A stretch of 20,000 nucleotides of DNA, from the IMG/VR virus record IMGVR_UViG_3300048072_000060; one strand, written 5' to 3'. This DNA is from an uncultured virus (IMG/VR IMGVR_UViG_3300048072_000060) (taxonomy: Duplodnaviria; Heunggongvirae; Uroviricota; Caudoviricetes). Under the pieces are notes generated by a model. The model ran no database searches. It saw only the letters and a program-made list of their open reading frames with translations, and was not told the DNA's origin. This document shows, piece by piece, positions 1 through 9,215 of this stretch. The translations under genes were made by a program, and so were the position numbers. Within the stretch, counting starts at the first letter, position 1. Each line of letters opens with the position of its first letter.

Positions 1-3000
1 TCGATGTCCTCGACGCGCAGTCGGTCCGAACCGGCTAGGCGCACGAGGCAGCCATTGGGGGTCAAGCGCGTGCCAAGAATGGCCGCTTGCAAACCGTAAC
101 TGTTGAGGGCGGCTTTGAGCTTCTTGGTTACATCTTGGGCCCACTCTTCGCGTTCGGAGTCAGCTTGCGTGCCGCCTGGAAATTTCGACGCGACCAACTC
201 GGAGAGCGCAGCGCCCAGAGTGGCTGCCGGCAAGGGAGAAGGACTCGAGGCCGAAGTTGCGTCGGCCAGGGAGGCTTGGACCGGACTCTTCGCCGGAACC
301 TCAGGCTCGGGGGCCTGGGCGCTGGGTTGAATCGGAACCTGCGCTTCCGCAGCCGCCGCAAGCTCTTCCAAGACCGCTTCGCCAGCTCCGTCGGCGAGTT
401 GAACGATTGCGGCGAGCCATGGCACGCGAGGGGCAGGCTTTCTAAAGCCATGCCCGTCCCAGGGCTGGAGAGAGCCGAGCCCTGCTCGAGCGTTAAGCGT
501 ACCTGCACCCTTAGCGTAGGCCTCGGCGAGTCTTCGCAGATCGGGCCGATCAAAGACCTCTTGCCAAGCTTTCACACCATTGGCCTCTTCCAACAGTTCC
601 TGGTCGGAGGCGGATGTCGAACCTGCGTCAGAGGTGTGGACGTAGACATGCGAGTAGCCGCGTAGCGAGATTTCCACATCGCCCTCTCGCAGTTTCGAGC
701 GAGCGCGCTCCATCAGACCCGTCATGCCCGGAGGAATGTCGGCATCAATGAGCATATCGGCCAGTCGGGCCAGCCAGACATCGCGATCGAGGCGACCGGG
801 GTCGCCAAAGAGCGCTTCGCGGAACATACCAAGCGTTGCCAAGAGCTGATCCTTAGAGTCGCGACGCGCCTTGGCCAGGCCATCGGCGCCGACGTATTTC
901 GACTCGACGATCGAGATGACGATGCGGATGCCTTCTTCCTGTTCATCGACATTGAGAGCGAGGATGTCGGCGATACGACTCTCCGGCTGCGAGAGCCAGC
1001 TCGCGTAGTCGTCGAGCAGGAAGTAGGCCGTCAACACCTGGCGCCCGCCCGCTGCGGCATTGAACTCCTCGGCGAGCAAGTGGCGGCTGAGTACCAGTCC
1101 GATCATTTCGCCCGCTGATACCCCCCGTTTGGCCGCCCGCAGAACGATATCGCCGGAGACCGAGAGCGCGTCGCGCTTAGCCTTGTCGGCGACCGCTTGG
1201 ATCTCTGTTGCATCAAGCTGCAAATTCAGCTCGTTTAGGCGGCGGCGCACCAGCACGCCTAGCAGTCGTAGCTCGGAGGTCGAGCTTACGATCATGTTGC
1301 GGCCGTTGGTCGAGCCTCGGCGGTAGCGAACGACTGTGATGCCGTTGTGCTGGAGCTGGCGCTTGTCGAGCAGCTCGTCATAGGTGGCGACCCATTCAGC
1401 CAAGTCGTGCGCGTCCTTGATCATGCCGGCCAGATCAGGGCTTTGCAGAGAGATGCGTCGGGCGGGCAGGAATCGCTCCTCTGGCAAGGCGTCAGTTTGG
1501 CGGCAAACGGCCGCGACAGCCGACACGTAAGCCCAGCCCGAGGCTGTTTGCCACGGGCAAGTAAGGAACGTGGTGGATTTGAGCTCGTTCTCACCCGAGA
1601 CGCTGCGATAGGAGCAGCGGGAAGGAGCGTGCTCCAAGTTGGGCCGGTCGTTGGTCCAAGAGACCGGGAGCCATTCGGACTGGGCAGCTCGGGCGACCAC
1701 ATCGTGTAGAAAGGCTACATCGAAGGCCTTGAACCCCTGAGCGCTCTCGCCTGGCGTAGCCGAGATCGGTGTCACTGAGATCCGCAGCTTCGAGATGAAG
1801 TTATCGCTGGTCTCGCTGACCACGGGCAGGTCGGGGTCGTCGCCGGCCTTGTTGACTAGCTCACCGTAGACGCTTCGAAGTTTGGCCGGGTCGGCGTGGC
1901 GAACCGACACGCTGCATTGCAGCTTGCCGTCCTCTTGGATCGACGAGAGCTCGCGCACTGTTGCCAGCGGCAGCTCGGCTGCATCGGCGTTGTAGAGTAC
2001 GACGCTGAGGTTGGATGCCTCGTGAGGCTGCAGCCCCACGTAGCGCTCCAAGAGCTCGCGCGCCTGCTTTGCGGCGGCGGCTGGATCGACGTCGGTCATG
2101 GCAGCCTCAGTCCCGCGAGTAGGCGACTCCAAAAGGCTGTAGCCGTTGACTGTGCTGCTCTCGGAAACCAGCGTGGGCGTGGCGGCCCTATTCAGGACAG
2201 CGATCTCCGGATAAAACGGGTGGGCGATTTCATCGGAGAGCTCGCGCATGAAAATCTCGCGATCACCATAGAGGATGTTGCCGCTCGAGAGTAAATGAGT
2301 GGCAAATCCCGCCACACGGCGGGATTTCACGGCCAGAGCCTTCATCCGCTCCGGATGCCAGGGCGGGATGATCAACGCTGGGTTGTCGCCCGCCACGCGG
2401 GCGGTGCCCACCGAAAGAATCTCAGAGACCAAACGCGAGCGGCACACATCCCCGCGGGCATGTGCCATCAAGGTGGTCAACAACGCTCCAAAAGACTCGG
2501 CTTGGCGCATGATGGCCTCGCCATGCAGCCCCGTGGAGACGAAATCCTCCATCGCCTTGATGTAGTCCTCTTCGAACTTATCCCAAGCCGACCTGACTTC
2601 GTCCCGCTGAAAGGCGGTAAGACGGCCCTCATCCGCGAGCTCTTTGATCCGGGTCTTGATCTCGTGGCGCAGGCTTCGCAGCTTGTTGGCCGCCGGCACC
2701 AACGAACCTGCGTCGGTTGAGTAAGTTGCCTCCAAGGTGCCCGTGTCGAGTAGCGAGACGTTTTGCACACCTCCCTTTTTGCTCACGAGTCGGCGCGGGA
2801 CTTCCGTGCAACCCACGGCGCCCTTCTCCAACAGCCGGCGCATGTCGGCGACCATCGACAAGCCGATCGACGTCGGCTTGTAGCTCCACAGGAGCTGTGT
2901 CTTCGCCAAGACCGACTCCTTGCCCTTAGTGACCTGCATCAAGGCCACGTCGAATTTTATTTGTAAAGCCAAACGAGAGAGCGATGAGCTCGGCCGGACC

Positions 3001-4448
3001 TTGTTCTTCTTGTCGTTACGAAGCTCCTTCTCCTTAGCGAAGAAAGCCTCGTAGTCGAAGAGCGGGTCCGGTAAGCTGGCGTTGCCTAGCCGCTCGACCT
3101 TCCAGTCGGCCTTGGAGCCCATGAGCTCCTTCAAACCGCGATACATTGCAGAGAAGTAGCTGCCGGCGTCGTAGTTGAAGCGCTCGCGCCACTCCTTGCG
3201 ACCCTTGGCCACGGTGAAACGCAAGATGCGCTCGCCCTCCGCGTCTCGAAGACCAGCATGAAGACTGTTGACCACACGAGCGAAGCCATCGAAAAAGTCG
3301 TTGCACTCGATGGGCTTGCCATAGAGGGCTTTCTCCCAGCGTGCGCAGAGCTTGGCGTCCTGCTCGAGAAACCGACGGTGCTTGACGAAGAACTCCTCGT
3401 CTTCTTCGTTAAAATCAGAGCGGCGCTCGCGCGACTTCAAGTCCTCCAAGAGCTTGCGGCCCTCTGCGTCGAGAGAATTCTCTTGGTCGCAGTCGTGATC
3501 AAAGAAGCGGACTGTTGCTTCGGCCAACCCGAGTTGCTTCTCCTTGGGCTTATCAAAAGCCAAGTAGACGCCATCGCTCTCCCACTCGAACTGAGCAAGC
3601 GCGGACGAAGCCTCTTGGTCTCCCGCAGGCGCTTCGGTGAATGCTTCCAAGGCAAGCCGCGCGCCCTCAGCGATTTCGGTCGCGTTGGCAGCGATGCGCT
3701 CGGTGAGTTCCTCGGGATCAAGCGGCTGTCCGTTCTGGCGCAGCTTCTTAAGCAGCGGCGCGCGCTGGATGAAGAGCTTGCCGAAGGCCTTCTGCCAAGG
3801 CTTGCGAGAGGCGGTGAAGGTCTTGGCGTTGGAGAAGAAGAAGCTGTCGCGAGGCAAGCCGGCTCGAGGCATCGCGAAACCAACGGCATCCCGGATGGGG
3901 AGCCCACGGGTGGAGATGGCCTCCACAATGTCTGAGCAGAACTCGCCGAGCTGCACGAGCGAAAGCTCTGAGGAGGCCAGCAAGCCGCCCAAGGCCGCGC
4001 TGAAGACCGCGTGGTCGTCAGGCACCGGCGAGAGGCCACCCGAATGCAAGGCGGCCTCTACCCACAAATCGGGGTCCGCCCGCATCTCCTTGGCACCGAT
4101 AGCCATTACGTGTCCCAGCGTGTCGGCCAGGTTTTGCTCGTTGCCGTTAGCAGTGAGGATCGACGCCTTGGAGGTGACGGCGTTGTTGCGTACGTAGCCG
4201 GCGTTGTGGGAGATCAGGATCTCCGCCGGTAGGCCTTGGCCCTCGACCAGAGCCTCTGGAATCATTAGATCCACGCGGGTGAGCAGGTCCGGATTGGCGA
4301 GGATTGCCCGCGCCACAGCCGCGATCTGGTTGGGCGAGAGCTTGTCGAGGCGAAACAGGGCAGCGGATTCGCCCGGCTGGGCAGGGTTGTAAACGCGTTT
4401 TGCGAGGATGTCCGCACCAACGCGCCCAATTATGCGGCCGGTCAGCAT
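1..4448 (-). CDS. Very large DptH/DndH-like protein (>1480 aa, 3' end runs off the window) with a PD-(D/E)xK nuclease-like motif and the start of an FtsK/SpoIIIE-type motor domain
   Basis: Absent from the ORF track, most likely because there is no in-window stop: no minus-strand ORF is reported in this frame over 4.4 kb, and the segments I translated are open. The ATG at 4448 overlaps the end of the 519 aa gene and follows AAGGGAGAGG. It begins MLTGRIIGRVGADILAKRV. RIADILALN...ISIVESKY lies at 894-977, a Pro/Ala/Ser linker at about 200-560, and LKAALNSYGLQAAILGTRLTPNGCLVRL (FtsK alpha-domain-like) at about 36-119. Confidence 0.85.
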   Translation of the reverse strand, partial: MLTGRIIGRVGADILAKRVYNPAQPGESAALFRLDKLSPNQIAAVARAILANPDLLTRVDLMIPEALVEGQGLPAEILISHNAGYVRNNAVTSKASILTANGNEQNLADTLGHVMAIGAKEMRADPDLWVEAALHSGGLSPVPDDHAVFSAALGGLLASSELSLVQLGEFCSDIVEAISTRGLPIRDAVGFAMPRAGLPRDSFFFSNAKTFTASRKPWQKAFGKLFIQRAPLLKKLRQNGQPLDPEELTERIAANATEIAEGARLALEAFTEAPAGDQEASSALAQFEWESDGVYLAFDKPKEKQLGLAEATVRFFDHDCDQENSLDAEGRKLLEDLKSRERRSDFNEEDEEFFVKHRRFLEQDAKLCARWEKALYGKPIECNDFFDGFARVVNSLHAGLRDAEGERILRFTVAKGRKEWRERFNYDAGSYFSAMYRGLKELMGSKADWKVERLGNASLPDPLFDYEAFFAKEKELRNDKKNKVRPSSSLSRLALQIKFDVALMQVTKGKESVLAKTQLLWSYKPTSIGLSMVADMRRLLEKGAVGCTEVPRRLVSKKGGVQNVSLLDTGTLEATYSTDAGSLVPAANKLRSLRHEIKTRIKELADEGRLTAFQRDEVRSAWDKFEEDYIKAMEDFVSTGLHGEAIMRQAESFGALLTTLMAHARGDVCRSRLVSEILSVGTARVAGDNPALIIPPWHPERMKALAVKSRRVAGFATHLLSSGNILYGDREIFMRELSDEIAHPFYPEIAVLNRAATPTLVSESSTVNGYSLLESPTRGTEAAMTDVDPAAAAKQARELLERYVGLQPHEASNLSVVLYNADAAELPLATVRELSSIQEDGKLQCSVSVRHADPAKLRSVYGELVNKAGDDPDLPVVSETSDNFISKLRISVTPISATPGESAQGFKAFDVAFLHDVVARAAQSEWLPVSWTNDRPNLEHAPSRCSYRSVSGENELKSTTFLTCPWQTASGWAYVSAVAAVCRQTDALPEERFLPARRISLQSPDLAGMIKDAHDLAEWVATYDELLDKRQLQHNGITVVRYRRGSTNGRNMIVSSTSELRLLGVLVRRRLNELNLQLDATEIQAVADKAKRDALSVSGDIVLRAAKRGVSAGEMIGLVLSRHLLAEEFNAAAGGRQVLTAYFLLDDYASWLSQPESRIADILALNVDEQEEGIRIVISIVESKYVGADGLAKARRDSKDQLLATLGMFREALFGDPGRLDRDVWLARLADMLIDADIPPGMTGLMERARSKLREGDVEISLRGYSHVYVHTSDAGSTSASDQELLEEANGVKAWQEVFDRPDLRRLAEAYAKGAGTLNARAGLGSLQPWDGHGFRKPAPRVPWLAAIVQLADGAGEAVLEELAAAAEAQVPIQPSAQAPEPEVPAKSPVQASLADATSASSPSPLPAATLGAALSELVASKFPGGTQADSEREEWAQDVTKKLKAALNSYGLQAAILGTRLTPNGCLVRLAGSDRLRVEDI

Positions 4449-6001
4449 GCTGCCTCTCCCTTGAACGCAAACGGGTTTTCGACAAATGAGCACGAATCGG
4501 AGAGCCTACGGACCAGGCCCAATCCCACGAGTCGGGCCTCAAGGTTGTCTCGATTCTCGCTAAGCTCCTCTTGGTCAACGAGCTTCTCGTCGACTAGGCG
4601 GGCCCCTTCGGCGTCGCCAAGCACCAGGCCATAGCGCCGTTTGGCTTCGACCAAGAACTCGTCGAACTGCATGCGGTCATCGACGATGGTCACCACGATC
4701 GACTTCAAAAGCCGATCGTTGGGAGCGTAGCGGGTGCGCCGCGAGAGCCTGCGGGAGCTCAGCCCAATTGCGCGTGACCAGGACGCATGGATCTTGCCGA
4801 CGTGCTGCTCATGGCGCGCGAGCGCGAGTTCGACCAATTTGCCGACCAGAGCGTCCGGATTTTCGCCAGAGTAGTCCTGGTCGTCCTCGCCATCGACTGG
4901 GGGCCACTGGAAACGCTCACGCATGAGCCTCACGCGCTCGGCCTCGGGGAACTCGCTTGAACCGGCTTTGACCCAGCCAGTGTCCTGCCGGATCGAATCG
5001 ACATGTGCGCGGACCGCTTTGGCGGGGAGGCCCTGGTTGCGCTGGTAGCTATCGCCGGAGAGTGCCCGGACCTTCGTACGCTCCTTGGAGACAATTTCGC
5101 AGACGATCTCCACCGGATCGTCGTCCCCTGCCACTCGCTTCGCTCGATCGAGGAGGTAGATCAGCATGTTGAGGCCCGAGATGGCAATCAGATGCTCCAA
5201 AGCGTCATAAATCGGCATGTCCTTAGCCAGAATCGATAGCCAGTCATCGCAGATCTGGTCGAAGCGCGGATTAGTGGCCTCGGGTAGATAGCCCGACTGC
5301 CGCGCATCTTCTGCGCGCTGTGAGGCGCCTTGCATCGCGCGTGCGAGGCGGTTCATCGGCGCCTCGCGATCGAACAGACGCTTAGCCAGTATGTCGCCGA
5401 GTTCGGCGCCGCGCTGGGCCCGAGTAAGCATCATGTAGAGCAGTTCGCCGGTGCGCGCAAAGAAGCGCCGGTCATTGCTCATCTTGCCCTTTGAGTCGAT
5501 CTCCAAGTCTTCATAGAGGGCGTCGGGGCCGAATGGGAAAACGAACTTGGAGCTCCAGCGCTTGTTACTGCGCGACTCAAACGAGGATGAGCGCAGGAGT
5601 TCGACGGCCTTGGCGAAGTCATCGAAGCTCGCGAACGAGTGGCGCAGATAAGCCATGTCGTCGACGCTATCACCGTTGCCTGTAGCTCCCTGACTGAACC
5701 TCTCGAACCACTGCCGCCACTTCTCGTCGTCAGATAGCGCACTCTCGGCGATAGATTCGACGTAGGGGTTATTGAAGAGTAGGCCGCGAAGGCGGATCTG
5801 GCGTTGCGGCTGGAATTTGAATGCCCCGCCCAGGCCGTCGTGGGGACGCAAGGGCTTGCCCAGGTTGGAGCCCAGTGCGCCCAGGAACTCAAGTACCGTT
5901 AAATGAGGGAGTTGCTCGTCGTAAAGGCGATGTCCCCAGATATTCTCGTCGACGCAGAAGTCAACATTCTTGATCTCGGGGCGTTTGAAAATCTCGCTCA
6001 T
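4442..6001 (-). CDS. 519 aa protein, probable DptG/DndG-like middle subunit of the three-gene operon
   Basis: Long ORF with an ATGA overlap with the upstream gene and an overlap with the downstream gene. The C-terminus (FLVEAKRRYGL...LVGLGLVRRLSDSCSFV) is winged-helix-like and recalls DptG C-termini. The assignment rests mostly on position and size. Confidence 0.7.
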   Translation of the reverse strand: MSEIFKRPEIKNVDFCVDENIWGHRLYDEQLPHLTVLEFLGALGSNLGKPLRPHDGLGGAFKFQPQRQIRLRGLLFNNPYVESIAESALSDDEKWRQWFERFSQGATGNGDSVDDMAYLRHSFASFDDFAKAVELLRSSSFESRSNKRWSSKFVFPFGPDALYEDLEIDSKGKMSNDRRFFARTGELLYMMLTRAQRGAELGDILAKRLFDREAPMNRLARAMQGASQRAEDARQSGYLPEATNPRFDQICDDWLSILAKDMPIYDALEHLIAISGLNMLIYLLDRAKRVAGDDDPVEIVCEIVSKERTKVRALSGDSYQRNQGLPAKAVRAHVDSIRQDTGWVKAGSSEFPEAERVRLMRERFQWPPVDGEDDQDYSGENPDALVGKLVELALARHEQHVGKIHASWSRAIGLSSRRLSRRTRYAPNDRLLKSIVVTIVDDRMQFDEFLVEAKRRYGLVLGDAEGARLVDEKLVDQEELSENRDNLEARLVGLGLVRRLSDSCSFVENPFAFKGEAAC

Positions 6002-7935
6002 GCTGGCGTCCTCACGCTTACAGGACGGGCGAAGCCGCGGCCTCCGGGCTCGATGTCGATGAAATTCAACGTCAGCGCTGAGGCTTCCTCGCCGACTTCG
6101 TCGTCATCGCCTACAAAGCCTGCCTTGCGGACGATCTCCGCTTTGCGCAGCAACTTGGCCTTGAACGCAAGCAGGTCTTCTAGGCACTCGTTGGAAAAGC
6201 TCGCCGGCAGCGCACCTTCGGCCACTCGGGAGAGGAACTCATGCCGAATCGGCGTGAGGTCGAAGGCGACAGAGTTGCCTGGCCCAGGCGAGAGCGATAC
6301 GTCGAGCTGAGGGCGGCCAGTTTCCTCGTCGAGCTTGATCGCCATACCGACGCCACCTTGCCTGCGCGAAGGCGTCTCGTAGTCGCAAAGCACGCTCACT
6401 CGGCTTTGCGTGAAACCGCCGGAGCTGGCGATGAAGATGCGGTCGACATTCTCCAAGAGCAGGCCAGTCATGACTCGGTTCAGCCCCTTGGTGATACGCC
6501 CACGTGTGGCTTCGCTCACCGCCTTCTTGGCTTGGAGCGACTCGATGATGTCCAAGTAGTCGCCTGCGAATCGGAAGGCCGTCATCGACCAACGGGGATA
6601 TCCAGGTTCGCTTTCGGGAAGCGTGAAGTAGAGGCGGCGGCGCTGAGCCTCAAGCATCTCCAAGAAATCTGAGAACCCACCCTCCAGTCGAGCGCCTTCA
6701 TGGCCCTCCAAGTATGTGTCTTGGGCAGCGCGAAATTCCGTCGTTGCGCCATAAACCGGGTCGACGCCTACCAAACGCTCGAAGTCGGCTTGGAGCCGAG
6801 AGTCGTCCTTGCCGTAGACCAGCAGACCATCTGCCGCGTTGGTCGTCTCGTCGCCGACACCGAAGCTAGCCATAGCCTTGAATACGGGCCGATCGGATGC
6901 CCTGCGCTTGGGCAAGTTGCCCGCGAAGGCGTTGGCGTAGATGCTGGCTCTGCCGACGTGCCCGCTTTCTTGGATATTGGACACTTCGGCGCAAGTCATG
7001 AGATTTTCCTTGGCCTCCTTGGCATCCGCATAACCGAGAACCATGTTTGAGCACAAGGCCAGCAGATCGCGCACAGGAAGGTGAAGCCCATTGAGGCGAG
7101 CGATCTCCACCAGGTCGCCCAGCCGATGCGCGAGCTGCCCGCCATCGGCCTCACCGAGGAGTCGTCGGCGGTTGTCATCGATCGGGCAGACTTTTTGATT
7201 GACTTTCAAGGAGCAGCGCGCGCAGTTGTCCCATTCGGGATGCCCGGCGACAGCCTTGGCGACTTCGTCGAGTGTCTTTCGAGTGGTCGTGCGGCTGAGG
7301 TCGAAGACGGCCAGACGATCTGGCGCCGGGCCGGCTTGCAGGAAACGCTCCTGCAGGGGCTTGCGAAGCGGATGGACGCGGCCTTGGCGCTTACCCAAAT
7401 CGCGCAGGCGGTCCAGAATCTGGCCGTGGTTGGCCGCGAGAATGACCACTTCGGAGTCGCCGCCACCCAGGACCGATTTCTCGAGCCGCTGTAGCGGTAG
7501 ATCGCTCTCTTCGCCATTGAACTCGGATAGATCCTTGATGAAGACTGCCAAGCGACCATCAGCTAGGCGCAACTCTTTCACATTGCCCTTGGCTGCCCAC
7601 GTCTTAGCATCGCCTCCGATGCGCGTCCACAAAGCTCGGCAGTGGTAAGTTTTTCCATCTCCTGCTGTTCCAACGATCAGCATGGATCCAGGGGCATTTG
7701 ACTCAATGTGCTGGACCATTGGTTCTAGCAGCGGAGTAGAAAGACGGATAGGCTGAACTTTTGCTCTACTTATTGCGCCAGCCACGTATTCGTCAAACAT
7801 CGTCAAGTTATTCGGCGTGGGACCATAGCTGCGCAAGAACCTGACCCAAGCACTGGCTGGAGGAACCCCGTGCTCAGCTTCGCCCTTCAGCGGCACACTA
7901 GCTTCGTTGCTCGTATTTTGAACATCATTTTCCAT
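5998..7935 (-). CDS. 645 aa P-loop NTPase, DptF/DndF-like first subunit
   Basis: Walker A GTAGDGKT (7648-7671), Walker B-like FIKDLSE, AANHG motif and a CxxC...CP cluster. First gene of the coupled operon. Confidence 0.75.
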   Translation of the reverse strand: MENDVQNTSNEASVPLKGEAEHGVPPASAWVRFLRSYGPTPNNLTMFDEYVAGAISRAKVQPIRLSTPLLEPMVQHIESNAPGSMLIVGTAGDGKTYHCRALWTRIGGDAKTWAAKGNVKELRLADGRLAVFIKDLSEFNGEESDLPLQRLEKSVLGGGDSEVVILAANHGQILDRLRDLGKRQGRVHPLRKPLQERFLQAGPAPDRLAVFDLSRTTTRKTLDEVAKAVAGHPEWDNCARCSLKVNQKVCPIDDNRRRLLGEADGGQLAHRLGDLVEIARLNGLHLPVRDLLALCSNMVLGYADAKEAKENLMTCAEVSNIQESGHVGRASIYANAFAGNLPKRRASDRPVFKAMASFGVGDETTNAADGLLVYGKDDSRLQADFERLVGVDPVYGATTEFRAAQDTYLEGHEGARLEGGFSDFLEMLEAQRRRLYFTLPESEPGYPRWSMTAFRFAGDYLDIIESLQAKKAVSEATRGRITKGLNRVMTGLLLENVDRIFIASSGGFTQSRVSVLCDYETPSRRQGGVGMAIKLDEETGRPQLDVSLSPGPGNSVAFDLTPIRHEFLSRVAEGALPASFSNECLEDLLAFKAKLLRKAEIVRKAGFVGDDDEVGEEASALTLNFIDIEPGGRGFARPVSVRTPA

Positions 7936-7963
7936 GCCGGCTTTCCTTGCTTTCTATATTTCG

Positions 7964-8103
7964 CATGTCGAATATCTGCTTGAAGAGCAGGAACGAAGAG
8001 GTGGGTGTCTTGAAGTCAGCCGCATCCACTGGGCCGCGCAGGATGTTGGCGGGTTCCCAGGGGGAGATGCAAGCTGGCTGAGCGTTGCGGTTTGATAGGA
8101 CAA
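7964..8103 (-). pseudogene. hsdM: Degenerate 5' remnant of a type I restriction-modification M subunit gene
   Basis: The minus strand from TTG at 8103 reads (M)SYQTATLSQLASP, then after a frameshift WEPANILRGPVDAADFKTPTSSFLLFKQIFDM. This matches the typical HsdM N-terminus (LESHLWE.ANILRGPVDAADFKTYIFPLLFFKRI.D). Similarity ends about 30 bp before the NTPase ATG. Confidence 0.8.
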
Positions 8104-8154
8104 AATTGGGCTGTCTATTGTTATTTATTGCGCAGATGGCATTATCTCACCAGT

Positions 8155-8175
8155 GTGGCGCAAAATATGAGCCAC
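8155..8175. promoter_or_regulatory. Candidate WYL operator 1 (GTGGCGCA-AAATA-TGAGCCAC) between divergent promoters
   Basis: 8-bp inverted repeat with one mismatch and a 5-bp spacer. Flanked by TACAAT (+, 8176-8181) and TGnGATAAT (-, hexamer at 8141-8146). A near copy lies at 9195-9215. Confidence 0.7.
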
Positions 8176-8203
8176 TACAATCCCCTTTTTGGCCCGAGCC
8201 CCT

Positions 8204-9196
8204 ATGAACCGCACCGAGCGTTTCTACAAAATCGACCAAATGCTCCACGAACGGCGCGTGGTGACGATCGAGGTGTTTCTCGATGAGTTAGACGTTTCTC
8301 GAGCCACATTCAAACGGGACATAGAATACATGCGGGACAGGCTTCATGCCCCGATCGTTTGGGGCCGGAGTGTGGGCGGTTACCATTTCGAGAACGTCAA
8401 GGCCACAGGACCCACCTATGAGTTGCCCGGCCTCTGGTTTTCGGCCGGTGAGTTGTATGCGCTGCTGGCTGCCCACAAGCTGCTGGATGATATCGAACCC
8501 GGCATCTTGGCAGTCCATGTAGCTCCTCTTCAAGCACGTTTGGCGGCGCTACTGGAGGCGTCGGGCCATTCAGCCACTGAAATCACTCAGCGGGTGCGCC
8601 TGCTCTCGATGGCCAAGCGGACAGTCGAGTCGAGGTTCTTCACCGACATTACAATTGCCCTACTGGAACGCAAGCGCATCGATATCGATGCCTGGAACCG
8701 AGGTCGAAACGAGATCAATACACGGACGATCTCTCCGCAGCGCCTGGTTCATTACCGGGACAACTGGTATATCGATGCGTGGTGCCATCTGCGCAACGAC
8801 CTGCGCAGCTTCTCCGTGGATGCCATACAGCGCGTCAAAGTACTACGGGAAAAGGCGCGCAATGTGGCATCGGCAAAGCTCGATAGCCATTTCACTTCGG
8901 CCTACGGAATATTTGGTGGCCATGCTACGGCTTGGGCGATTCTGCGGTTTTCGCCAGAACGCGCCCGTTGGGTGCAATCTGAGCGCTGGCACTGCGAACA
9001 ACAGGACGAATCGCTTGCCGATGGCAGCTACCGCCTTCGCGTGCCTTACGCCGACGCGCGAGAGTTACTGATGGATATTCTGCGCCACGGCCGGCATGTG
9101 GAAGTGGAAGGGCCCGAGTCGCTGCGTCGTCTGGTAGCCGATGAAGTGTCCGCACTGACTGGGATGTATCACGGGTGCTATCTGATCAATTCATGA
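8204..9196 (+). CDS. HTH-WYL-WCX transcriptional regulator (YafY/PafBC/DriD-like), 330 aa
   Basis: N-terminal wHTH (LDELDVSRATFKRDIEYMRD), WYL domain (ISPQRLVHYRDNWYIDAWCHLRNDLRSFSVDAI) and WCX C-terminus (ELLMDILRHGRHVEVEGPESLR). The start is placed at ATG 8204 (MNRTERFYKI). Confidence 0.93.
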   Translation: MNRTERFYKIDQMLHERRVVTIEVFLDELDVSRATFKRDIEYMRDRLHAPIVWGRSVGGYHFENVKATGPTYELPGLWFSAGELYALLAAHKLLDDIEPGILAVHVAPLQARLAALLEASGHSATEITQRVRLLSMAKRTVESRFFTDITIALLERKRIDIDAWNRGRNEINTRTISPQRLVHYRDNWYIDAWCHLRNDLRSFSVDAIQRVKVLREKARNVASAKLDSHFTSAYGIFGGHATAWAILRFSPERARWVQSERWHCEQQDESLADGSYRLRVPYADARELLMDILRHGRHVEVEGPESLRRLVADEVSALTGMYHGCYLINS

Positions 9197-9215
9197 GGCG
9201 CAGTATTTGAGCCAC
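9195..9215. promoter_or_regulatory. Candidate WYL operator 2 (GAGGCGCA-GTATT-TGAGCCAC) upstream of rtcB
   Basis: 15 of 16 half-site bases are identical to operator 1, with the same 5-bp spacing. Followed by TTGACAAT at 9223-9230. Confidence 0.7.

Noticed and set aside
87..4578. The many 60-225 aa ORFs listed on both strands in this interval
   Set aside because: They are antisense or off-frame shadows of the single long minus-strand gene ending at 4448, with no recognisable motifs.
1..7935. Assigning the symbols dndF/dndG/dndH, or calling the large gene cell-division ftsK
   Set aside because: The similarity is architectural and motif-level only. The large protein shows no N-terminal membrane segments in the part I translated and sits in a defence-type operon.
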